From a virus: a DNA stretch of 41,183 nucleotides. Below the pieces are notes generated by a model. It was not told the origin of the DNA, did no database searches, and saw nothing but the letters and a program-made list of their open reading frames with translations. Positions 8,638 through 16,560 of the stretch are shown here, in pieces (position 1 is the first letter of the stretch; every line of letters begins with the position of its first letter). The stretch spans positions 88,627-129,809 of the IMG/VR virus record IMGVR_UViG_3300025035_000013; one strand, 5' to 3'. A program made the position numbers and the translations under genes.

Positions 8638-9084
8638 TCAATTACCACTTAAATATTTTTGATATTCAAATACAGTCTTAAGTGAATACTCTCTACTCTT
8701 CAACTGATTCATTATATATTCACAGCCTGATACTGATGTTTTGAATTCTGATACCACACGCGCCGCATCATTCATATCGGAGTCGAATTCTAATAATTGA
8801 TTTAATTCAACTGATGATGGTTTTAATCCATTCCACTGAGACCAACCATGTTTTTTTAAATCACTCTGGTCCATTTCACCTCTAAAATATTTTCTCTTTA
8901 TCCACCCAAGCTTGTTTTTTGCAGATTCTGCCTTAGACAGCAGACGTTTGAAATGAATATAATATTCAAGATATTTTGAATGAAGCATTGGTACACGGAT
9001 GATTTCTTTCGACAATTCTGCTTCGTTAATGATGGCATCTTTCTTCCATTCATTTAACATCTCTTCTGTTGATATGGTAGTCAT
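8638..9084 (-). CDS. uvsY: UvsY recombination mediator
   Basis: EWKKDA.I, P.LHSKYL, Y.G motif, SG end; upstream of uvsW. Confidence 0.88.
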   Translation of the reverse strand: MTTISTEEMLNEWKKDAIINEAELSKEIIRVPMLHSKYLEYYIHFKRLLSKAESAKNKLGWIKRKYFRGEMDQSDLKKHGWSQWNGLKPSSVELNQLLEFDSDMNDAARVVSEFKTSVSGCEYIMNQLKSREYSLKTVFEYQKYLSGN

Positions 9085-9111
9085 GATTATCTTTTATAAT
9101 TAGTTAAATTA

Positions 9112-9140
9112 ATTATATAGATAGTATAAATATGTGTCAA
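9112..9140 (-). promoter_or_regulatory. consensus sigma70 promoter for the uvsY operon
   Basis: TTGACA-17 bp-TATAAT. Confidence 0.85.
9125..9132 (+). promoter_or_regulatory. TATAAATA T4 late-promoter consensus, opposite orientation, inside the uvsY promoter spacer
   Basis: Exact 8-mer, but the AT-rich context allows a chance match. Confidence 0.35.
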
Positions 9141-9245
9141 AAAATATGAAATAGTTGACAAATTCTTGACAACCGTTCAAAATTAGACTGTGCCTCGATG
9201 ATATTCTACTATTAAATAAAGATTAAATGATACTTATAAGGGTTT

Positions 9246-9324
9246 AATGAATAGATAAATGAATAGATAAATGAATAGATAAATGAATAGATAAATGAAT
9301 AGATAAATGAATAGATAAATGAAT
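9246..9324. repeat. 12-bp tandem repeat (AATGAATAGATA) x 6.6
   Basis: Six perfect copies plus 7 bp; degenerate copies near 9221 and 9344; intergenic. Confidence 0.95.
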
Positions 9325-9372
9325 TAAACAAAGAGTTTAAACTGATAAATGAAAGATACTCAAAGATGTTAA

Positions 9373-9906
9373 TTAAAGATATGCTGAATCAGTTGTTGTA
9401 AAACTTCCTAGTAAATCAAAGTAATCATAATTAAATACTATTGACGCTTTTAGATACTGAACTCTTTCGATGGTAGAATCCATATTCATACCACTTAAAT
9501 TTGTTGGCCAACAACCATAAAACCGTATGAATTCTTTACCATCAATCATGAGGATAATATCTTCTGTCTTGCCAACAATTGTACCATCTACAGTCATCTG
9601 CTTCATCCAATTATATATAGCAGACCAATTCCTGCAATATTTGTCTACTAGAAAATTGACAGTGAACGGTAAGAAATTTAATTTCTCTCCTATCTCATTC
9701 ATATCAACATATCTAGTATTAACAACGACTTCATTAACGCCAACTGAAGGTAAAGAGAATTGTTGTAAAAAGAAAGTAACATTCTCCTGATTCGGTATAA
9801 TCAGTGAAAATTTATTAATGATAAGAGGGTCAAATGTCAATAAATCACCATTCTGCATGGTAGCAGACCCAATTGTATTGACATCATTTAAATTTACTAT
9901 TGTCAT
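9373..9906 (-). CDS. gp3: gp3 tail completion / tube terminator protein
   Basis: Tube-like motifs (FFLQ...LPSV, GEKL.F, FLVD..NW..IYNWM, F.GCWPT.LS, F.YDYF); gp23-gp3-uvsY synteny. Confidence 0.85.
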   Translation of the reverse strand: MTIVNLNDVNTIGSATMQNGDLLTFDPLIINKFSLIIPNQENVTFFLQQFSLPSVGVNEVVVNTRYVDMNEIGEKLNFLPFTVNFLVDKYCRNWSAIYNWMKQMTVDGTIVGKTEDIILMIDGKEFIRFYGCWPTNLSGMNMDSTIERVQYLKASIVFNYDYFDLLGSFTTTDSAYL

Positions 9907-9937
9907 TTAATTCTTTCGATGTATGTTGTAAGATTAT

Positions 9938-11446
9938 TTATGCGATGCAGAATGATAATGTGCCACAATCAAAAATCTGCTTATAACCAGCATCAAACAT
10001 GACTTTCCATTCAGGTCTACTATCACCAGGTGCCAACTTCTTTTTCATGAAATTTGCTCTGTGCATCCTTTTAATACTTTTTCCTAAATTGACGTACTTG
10101 TAAGACGGTGGATTTGTTTTAATCAATTTGAATCCGTTTTTGTAATAAACATCACCGTTGCTATAAGACCTATCTGCGTAAGAAATAATTGAACCGGAGT
10201 GATTTTGTCTAAAATTTGTCAGTAATCTACTAAATCCACCTACGACATTAGTGTTTCTTTTTACAGCGTATCTGGATAATTCCCACATATAATTTTTGTT
10301 GTACCTAGATTTGCAAAAAGTCATCATTGAAACAAAGTCATCACCGAATTTCAATCCTATAACAATGGAAGATTTGTCCTTGCCTTGGAGGTGGTTTTCT
10401 GACATGAATTTAATTTTCTCAGTAAGAGATGGTATAGCAATTTCACATTTTCTAGCAAAAACTACCGAGGATAATTTGCCCAATTTCGCACTGATAAAAT
10501 CTTTTACGACATCTTTATTTAGCATCCAATCATCGCTGAAAATGTGGAATAATTTTATCCCGGCATTACGTGCATCTATTGTTTTGTCCAGATGGTAACT
10601 CTTAGTCTTGTTGATAGTATTTTCTGAGTGCTTGTGGATGTGATGATAAATTCCATTGTACTCGAACCCAACAGCCAGTGCCGGTATCAAAATGTCAATT
10701 TCTCTACCATTCAAGATAGTTCTATCATTCAATTTAATTTCTGTGTTTTCTGGTAAGATTTCTTTAATGTACTCATAGACTTCCATGCATTCACCTGACA
10801 CCTCTACATGCCCTCTATTATACGAGTTTGTTGGATTTGCTTCAATTCCGTGTTTTTTAATCGCCAACGACAGTGTCGATTTGCTTGAATTAATTTCTTC
10901 TGCAATGTTCACCAACGTCTTATGGTCTTCTTTGTAATTTGTCAGCAACCAGTCTTTATCGTTTAATTTTTCTTTTATGGTATAGTCACTTTCCGTCAAA
11001 TTGATTTTTGGTATATTCAGTCTTTTACATGCTTGTATTATGGGATTACCAGAACAATGCAATAATTCTGCGATGCGAGTATAGGACATTCTTTCATTTA
11101 TTCGCTTATTGTAAAGCCATTGATAATCATTCAATAATGATTTAGTTGCTTGAGGCAATCTACCATACAATTTTGAACATGCGTCTGAACAAAATTTGTT
11201 GAATCCATTAGTCTTGTCGAATCCGGCTGGTTTATCGCAGTTTGGGCACCTTTTAATGTTTTCTTGTACGGTATCATTCAAGATTATTAAACATCTAATT
11301 TTCAAAGGCACCTTTGGGTATAATGTATCCAACCAGCGCGTGGCGGCTTCAATTTCTTGTCTAATTGATTTTGTGAGACTTATAGAAATCATATTTTTCT
11401 TGTCGTTGATGTCGCCTATGGCGAGTTTCAAATCTCGATTGTACAT
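9938..11446 (-). CDS. Hef-like free-standing homing endonuclease (Zn finger + HTH + PD-(D/E)XK-type nuclease)
   Basis: CPNC..FCSDAC; EIDILIP....FEYNGIYHH; FARKC, NHLQG, WELSRY, SYADRSYS.G.VY..NGF. Confidence 0.75.
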   Translation of the reverse strand: MYNRDLKLAIGDINDKKNMISISLTKSIRQEIEAATRWLDTLYPKVPLKIRCLIILNDTVQENIKRCPNCDKPAGFDKTNGFNKFCSDACSKLYGRLPQATKSLLNDYQWLYNKRINERMSYTRIAELLHCSGNPIIQACKRLNIPKINLTESDYTIKEKLNDKDWLLTNYKEDHKTLVNIAEEINSSKSTLSLAIKKHGIEANPTNSYNRGHVEVSGECMEVYEYIKEILPENTEIKLNDRTILNGREIDILIPALAVGFEYNGIYHHIHKHSENTINKTKSYHLDKTIDARNAGIKLFHIFSDDWMLNKDVVKDFISAKLGKLSSVVFARKCEIAIPSLTEKIKFMSENHLQGKDKSSIVIGLKFGDDFVSMMTFCKSRYNKNYMWELSRYAVKRNTNVVGGFSRLLTNFRQNHSGSIISYADRSYSNGDVYYKNGFKLIKTNPPSYKYVNLGKSIKRMHRANFMKKKLAPGDSRPEWKVMFDAGYKQIFDCGTLSFCIA

Positions 11447-11473
11447 GTATCTAACCTTGGGTTGTTATGTACA

Positions 11474-11480
11474 TATTTAT
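11474..11480 (-). promoter_or_regulatory. late promoter (ATAAATA) for the Hef-like gene
   Basis: Matches the core found upstream of many late genes here. Confidence 0.6.
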
Positions 11481-11554
11481 TAGACACAAAAAACCTCGCC
11501 GAAGCGAGGTTCTCTATTTGAAACACCCTAATTGCTTACGCTATATTAGCTACG
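11481..11554. repeat. 74-bp direct repeat (other copy at 12635-12708) flanking the HNH gene
   Basis: 72/74 identical; contains the VANIA* codons plus the terminator. Confidence 0.92.
11488..11511 (-). terminator. rho-independent terminator with a cUUCGg loop (duplicate copy)
   Basis: AACCTCGC-TTCG-GCGAGGTT followed by a T-run. Confidence 0.9.
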
Positions 11555-12561
11555 TATCTTCTTTTTCCATTTTCATCTATTATCATTTTTTTACCTTTAT
11601 TCCCAGGTGCTTTTCCTTTGTTATTTAAACCTATTTCCCTAGCTTTTTGTTTTTGATTTTCAGTTTGACTCCATCCAGTTCTTATATTTTTAGGAGAGCG
11701 ACCTTTAACCCAGCCCTTTGGTATATCATCAATGCATTTGAGTTTCCTTTCTTTTAATGTTATTGGGTCATAACAATGTATTGTGTTTTTATTTTTAATA
11801 GAACTCGCTTCTATTGATAATAACAGATTCTTATGGGCTGCGGCGAGCTGTTTTGGAGAAGTAATTCTGCCTTTAATCCAACCTTTTGGTATAATATCAG
11901 TAATCTTAAATCTCTTATGTTCTGTTTTATCAGGATTATGATAGAAAATAGTAGGTATTTTCTTTTTGCCTTTATTTACACATTCTCTAATCCACTTTCC
12001 TGTATTTGGTTTTTCATAAAGAAATCTAGCTTCCCCAGTTTCTTTATTGAGAAAATGATGTTTCCCTTTTGATGATTTTCCTATATTTTCAGCATGTTCT
12101 TTTGTTTTTGGTTTCATCATTTTATTTTTGTGTTCCTCACTAAAAGGTCTAGTGCCTCGAATGAAACCATCAGGAATATAATCGTCATCATATATCATTA
12201 TTATTTTATCAGTTACCTTGTTATAATATGTCTTAGTGATTCCTCGTTGAATGTGTTTTATCTTCAATTGTTCATATAATCTACTATTAAAATGTGTACA
12301 TCTATTAGAAAGCATTCCTAATGCATATACCATTTTCATTTTATGTTTAGTGCTTTTTAACATTTTTACTAACAATAAATGTACAATATAATGTTCTCTG
12401 AGTGATAGTGATATTAAATTTTCTATATCATCTGTTCCCCCAATAGAACTAGGTATTATGTGATGAATTTCAGAATATTCTGATTTCTCTTTTAATTTTG
12501 CTTTTTCAATTAAATTTATGTAAATTTTTGTATATTTGTTATTAATGAATATAGATGACAT
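11536..12561 (-). CDS. HNH homing endonuclease (Mob-like) with NUMOD-type C-terminal repeats
   Basis: EIHHIIPSSIGGTDDIENL..L..REH...H; FSEEHKNKM; repeated IP.GW.KGR. Confidence 0.85.
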   Translation of the reverse strand: MSSIFINNKYTKIYINLIEKAKLKEKSEYSEIHHIIPSSIGGTDDIENLISLSLREHYIVHLLLVKMLKSTKHKMKMVYALGMLSNRCTHFNSRLYEQLKIKHIQRGITKTYYNKVTDKIIMIYDDDYIPDGFIRGTRPFSEEHKNKMMKPKTKEHAENIGKSSKGKHHFLNKETGEARFLYEKPNTGKWIRECVNKGKKKIPTIFYHNPDKTEHKRFKITDIIPKGWIKGRITSPKQLAAAHKNLLLSIEASSIKNKNTIHCYDPITLKERKLKCIDDIPKGWVKGRSPKNIRTGWSQTENQKQKAREIGLNNKGKAPGNKGKKMIIDENGKRRYVANIA

Positions 12562-12588
12562 TTTAATATGATAATATTATGATATTTG

Positions 12589-12595
12589 TATTTAT
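12589..12595 (-). promoter_or_regulatory. late promoter (ATAAATA) for the HNH gene
   Basis: Between the gp23 terminator and the HNH start. Confidence 0.6.
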
Positions 12596-12641
12596 GTGAA
12601 CTGTATTTCTGAGTAATAAACATCGCTCTTTAAATAGACAC

Positions 12642-12665
12642 AAAAAACCTCGCCGAAGCGAGGTT
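12642..12665 (-). terminator. gp23 rho-independent terminator with a cUUCGg loop
   Basis: Stem-loop plus T-run 25 nt after the gp23 stop. Confidence 0.92.
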
Positions 12666-12689
12666 CTCTATTTGATACCCCCTAATTGC

Positions 12690-14006
12690 TTACGCTATAT
12701 TAGCTACGCGTAGAATTCGAAAAAATGCATTCGATTTCGCAGCCAATGTAAATGCAGGACCTGCATCAGCAGCGTTATTACCGTTCATTGGATTACCAGC
12801 AAGTGCATAGCGTGTCTTAAATGCAATTTTTGGTTGAAAGGTATTTGGGTCAATCGCATTATGTTTAGTCAATGGAACGTACGGGCAATAGAACATGCCA
12901 GCCTTACCTAGACCATCACCCTTGTAACCAACAACCACAAATTGATTTGCATCACCGTTTGCCATATATGGGTCAATAAACACTTTATACTTATTGTTCA
13001 ATGTACCAACAAATGTTGCACCAGTATCATCAACAGTCAATGTTTCGCCAGATTTAATGCCACCGATGTCCAACTTGCCAGTCATTGCCAATGCCGAAGC
13101 CACATCAGCAGACACCAACAATACATTACCACGACCCAAACGAGTTGTTTGAGCGATGCGATTAGCTTCACGTTCAATTTGGAACATCAAACCCTTGAAG
13201 CGTTCAACAGACCACCGACCATTTGCATCAACATCAAGGTCAAATGTACCAGGTGTTGCAGTTAATTCTGCACCAGTTGTAGATACCTTATAAAGGGTAC
13301 GAACAATTTCACGGTTCATTTCAGCAATGATTTGATTGCTTAGGAGGTTAGATAGTTCTGTTTCAGCATCCAGACCATGAACTGCTTTTAGGTCTTGTGC
13401 TAATTCAACAGTATATCCAGCTTGCAATCCACGTTCGACCGCAGTAACCGTGTGTTTCTCGATTGTGAAAGTCATTTCGTTAAGAGTTGTAGCTCCACCG
13501 AAATCCTCACCTTGTGCAGTTGTCAACCCGGCTGGAGTAGTAAAACCAGGTGTTGCATCCCATGGAGATAGGCCATCCACTGCATCTACTGGGTTTGTAC
13601 CAGCAGCAGCAGTTGTAACACCACCAGCAGAGAAGCTAGCATCTGCTTCATTGAACAGGGCTTCTGCACCAGTCTTGCTTGTATAACGATTGCGAGCAGC
13701 AAAAATCAAGCCGGTAGGCATGGTCATTGGTTGAACACCAGCGAAGTCATACGCAATTAGCTTAGGCATCGCACGGCGAAGTAGACCAACGATGACCGGG
13801 TCATAATTAGCTGTATTGGATGTGTTAGACGATGGAATTGCTTCTTGCAAGGCCTGAGCAGATTTTTGTTGCTCACGGATTGTGTTTTCCATAACAATCG
13901 CTGTTACACGTCTACGGTCACCTGTAAGAGCACCGTGTTCGGCTACTGTCTGTTCATCATCGAGAACAGGAGCCCATTTTTTCATTGCTTCATTTAGATA
14001 TGACAT
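12690..14006 (-). CDS. gp23: major capsid protein
   Basis: KWAPVL, RRAMPKLIAYD..GVQPM..PTGLIFA, ELAQDLKAVHGLDA, FYCPYVPL, FQPKI.FKTRY; LQE|A cleavage site. Confidence 0.97.
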   Translation of the reverse strand: MSYLNEAMKKWAPVLDDEQTVAEHGALTGDRRRVTAIVMENTIREQQKSAQALQEAIPSSNTSNTANYDPVIVGLLRRAMPKLIAYDFAGVQPMTMPTGLIFAARNRYTSKTGAEALFNEADASFSAGGVTTAAAGTNPVDAVDGLSPWDATPGFTTPAGLTTAQGEDFGGATTLNEMTFTIEKHTVTAVERGLQAGYTVELAQDLKAVHGLDAETELSNLLSNQIIAEMNREIVRTLYKVSTTGAELTATPGTFDLDVDANGRWSVERFKGLMFQIEREANRIAQTTRLGRGNVLLVSADVASALAMTGKLDIGGIKSGETLTVDDTGATFVGTLNNKYKVFIDPYMANGDANQFVVVGYKGDGLGKAGMFYCPYVPLTKHNAIDPNTFQPKIAFKTRYALAGNPMNGNNAADAGPAFTLAAKSNAFFRILRVANIA

Positions 14007-14017
14007 ATTTTTCCCTT

Positions 14018-15022
14018 TTAGTTAGAACTACGAATTAATTTTGAATCTTGGCGCAAGGCCTTTAATACAGCTTCAACATCTGAATGTTTAGATTCAGTGA
14101 TAGTGTCTGCTCCATCTTGAGATATTCTAGTATCCATCGGTGTTGATTGCTTGCGGAAAAAAGATTCTTTAAGCACCGCAACTTTAGATTTGAACTCTTC
14201 TTCTGTCTCAAAGTTAATATTTTCAGCGAGAGAATATAGTTTTTCTGCTTCAATTGCAGTCAAATCAGATTGAGCTTCAGCAATGATTGCTTCTGCTTTC
14301 ATAATTTGAACTTCAACGGTAGCTTGTGTAACTGCTTCTTGTGCTTCTTTGAGTTGGTCTTCAAGTTCTTCAATTTGAGAAACTTGATTTTCAACAATAT
14401 CAACCTTGCTTTCTGGTACATCTATATAATGTTGTTCAAACACATTTTTGAGATTTTCCATAAAGCTAGACATCATTTCTACTTTTATACCGCTCTCAAG
14501 GGCTACTGCATTGTCTTGCAACCACTGCTCGATAACATAATCGAGGTATCCATCAATTTGTTCGACTAGCTCTCCCTTTACTTCTTCTACTGCTTCGTCC
14601 AGTTTAAACTGGTATTCTTCTTGTAATTCTTCAATTTTTGATTCTGATACCTGTTCAACTGCTGCTTCAAAAATTGCTTTTGCTTTCAATTGGAATTCTT
14701 CTGTTAAGGATTCACCCGAAAATAAAGCATCAAATGCTTCTTCTTTTAGTTTATCTTGTGAACCAGAAACATATTTTTCTTTAATTTTTGCAGTTTCTTC
14801 TTTAGCTTTAGAATCTGTCTCTCCTTTTTTACCATCATCAACTAACTTTTCTCCTTTAGTTGATTTGTATTTAGCAGTAATTTTAGCAGTCTTGCCACAA
14901 TCTCCTTCTTCTGAGTCTGCTGATTTAAGTGTTTCAGATTGTTTAGTGCCAAGAGTAGCATCAGTTCCAGGTACGGAAGACCCTTCTGCTAAGATTGCCT
15001 TAATTTTATCGTCGAGTTGCAT
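14018..15022 (-). CDS. gp22: prohead core scaffold protein
   Basis: LTEEF..KA..IFEAAV, IDGYLDYVIEQWL.DN..A...GIK; acidic coiled coil. Confidence 0.93.
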   Translation of the reverse strand: MQLDDKIKAILAEGSSVPGTDATLGTKQSETLKSADSEEGDCGKTAKITAKYKSTKGEKLVDDGKKGETDSKAKEETAKIKEKYVSGSQDKLKEEAFDALFSGESLTEEFQLKAKAIFEAAVEQVSESKIEELQEEYQFKLDEAVEEVKGELVEQIDGYLDYVIEQWLQDNAVALESGIKVEMMSSFMENLKNVFEQHYIDVPESKVDIVENQVSQIEELEDQLKEAQEAVTQATVEVQIMKAEAIIAEAQSDLTAIEAEKLYSLAENINFETEEEFKSKVAVLKESFFRKQSTPMDTRISQDGADTITESKHSDVEAVLKALRQDSKLIRSSN

Positions 15023-15039
15023 TTAATACTCCCTTATTA

Positions 15040-15263
15040 TCATAATTATGCATAACCGTAAACTTTACAAAAGTTTACTTTTGCTAAACGCTTCATCAAA
15101 GATGCCAAATTTTGGTGCAGAACACCATAATCGGGACTAACTGCTTCTCTGCGTTTGTAATCGACCAATTCGGCCGATGTTAATGTTGCTGTGCTCTTTT
15201 TAGTTTAGATTGGTTTTCTCTAAACCATCAAGGTCAATACCGATTGAGCGATTTGAATTCATA
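15040..15263 (-). other. non-coding ~220-bp insert in the gp22 leader, bounded by TCATA direct repeats and rich in hairpins
   Basis: Both ends reappear joined at 39858-39892; removing it restores a compact promoter-RBS-ATG. Confidence 0.45.
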
Positions 15264-15272
15264 TATCATACT

Positions 15273-15279
15273 TATTTAT
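15273..15279 (-). promoter_or_regulatory. late promoter (ATAAATA) for gp22-gp23
   Basis: Motif and position. Confidence 0.65.
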
Positions 15280-15325
15280 TGAAATCGCTTTTTTCAGTCG
15301 CTATTCTCACGAAACTCATCTATAA

Positions 15326-15961
15326 TTATTTTCCAAATTTAAGCATTAGGTCTCCCCATGCTTTGAGTGCTTTCTCTTCTGTTATTTTGTTCTTAACAGA
15401 ATCTACTACTAATTCAATTATAGTACCGTCTTCTACCATGTCATAAGTAACAGATTCCATGATACCATTGACAAAACATCCCGGTCCCGAGGGCTCGCTC
15501 ACCACATCAATAGCAGAGAAAATCAAATCGTTATTGACATATGTTATACCTTCTTGCATCCGAACTGTGCCAAGCGCTCTAGTAGAAACACCTACTTTAC
15601 CCCCGGCTTCCATGATAGCAGTTACAATCTTTCCCATACCTTCATTAATGATTTTGCCTTTACCAATCCAATGTCCATTAGAATTATCTTTCAAAGATTC
15701 GATTACCATTACAACTCTCTCGAAATTAATTTGAGGCGATTGAGGATGATTTAACTCGCCAAAGCCTCTACCATTTGAAACTTTTTCTGTAATGTATTTT
15801 TTCATTGCTGGAGTCATAACAGATTCAGTATACATCCTCTTATTTGCATTTACTTTATTATAAGTAGCAAAGGGGCCTTCAATCTTATATGTTTTTCCAG
15901 TAGACGTATTTTCTACTAAAGATTCGATACCCTCTAAGTAGGTTTCAGTTATTAACTTCAT
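15326..15961 (-). CDS. gp21: prohead protease
   Basis: MKLITE, N.NKR.Y, GELNHP, GVSTRA.G, DVVSEPS. Confidence 0.95.
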   Translation of the reverse strand: MKLITETYLEGIESLVENTSTGKTYKIEGPFATYNKVNANKRMYTESVMTPAMKKYITEKVSNGRGFGELNHPQSPQINFERVVMVIESLKDNSNGHWIGKGKIINEGMGKIVTAIMEAGGKVGVSTRALGTVRMQEGITYVNNDLIFSAIDVVSEPSGPGCFVNGIMESVTYDMVEDGTIIELVVDSVKNKITEEKALKAWGDLMLKFGK

Positions 15962-15970
15962 GTTTATTCC

Positions 15971-16525
15971 TTATTCGTGCCCACCTAAATGTTGAATATG
16001 AATGCGTTCAATTTCGTTGTGATTCCCTGTTGCTTTTCCATTTTTATCTTCACCCCCCATCCCGCCATCGTAAGGGTCAGAATTGTTATCTGCTTGGTCA
16101 ACATGAGCAGCAACTTGTTCTCGAGTTTTTAAACCGAATTCTTTTGCATAATTTTTCCAGTGCACCCTCATATTCCTAGAATTATCATCTTCAGCATCTA
16201 TCTTTATAGGATGTCCTGCTGCATGCAATCTATTCATTACATCATAATTATTTAAATTATGTGGTGATGTTACACTTTCTTTTATTTCTACTTCGTCTTT
16301 TTTACCAGAACCTATAATCGACTTGTCTTTTTCGTCATCAGAATCGTCGGCATCATCATCATCCTCGTCATCATCTTTTGATGAGGATGGGAATGCTTCA
16401 CTCATCACATTCATTTTTAATTCATCTAATTTATATGCTATTTTTGACATTAGAATAGATTCTAAAGTAACCTTAGCATCTTCTGAACCTTCAGAAATTT
16501 GTGAAATTAATTGTTCTACTGACAT
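15971..16525 (-). CDS. prohead core protein (gp67/68 position) with an acidic linker and His-rich C-terminal extension
   Basis: Between gp20 and gp21; helical N-terminus, poly-D linker, IKE|S site. Confidence 0.6.
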   Translation of the reverse strand: MSVEQLISQISEGSEDAKVTLESILMSKIAYKLDELKMNVMSEAFPSSSKDDDEDDDDADDSDDEKDKSIIGSGKKDEVEIKESVTSPHNLNNYDVMNRLHAAGHPIKIDAEDDNSRNMRVHWKNYAKEFGLKTREQVAAHVDQADNNSDPYDGGMGGEDKNGKATGNHNEIERIHIQHLGGHE

Positions 16526-16553
16526 TTTATTGCTCCTTTGAAATCATGATAAT

Positions 16554-16560
16554 TATTTAT
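16554..16560 (-). promoter_or_regulatory. late promoter (ATAAATA)
   Basis: Overlaps the gp20 stop, upstream of the core protein RBS (AGGAG). Confidence 0.6.

Noticed and set aside
9246-9324. Mini-CRISPR array
   Set aside because: Head-to-tail 12-bp units with no spacers
15040-15078. dif/Xer site, integron attC or hix/gix identity for the shared motif
   Set aside because: Only partial resemblance (GCATAA, GTTATGC, GTAAAC..GTTTAC); arm and spacer geometry do not fit any of them
15046-15204. Open frame ending KVYGYA* (also at the end of ORF 39872-40108)
   Set aside because: The shared peptide end is a by-product of the DNA repeat; no RBS-supported start
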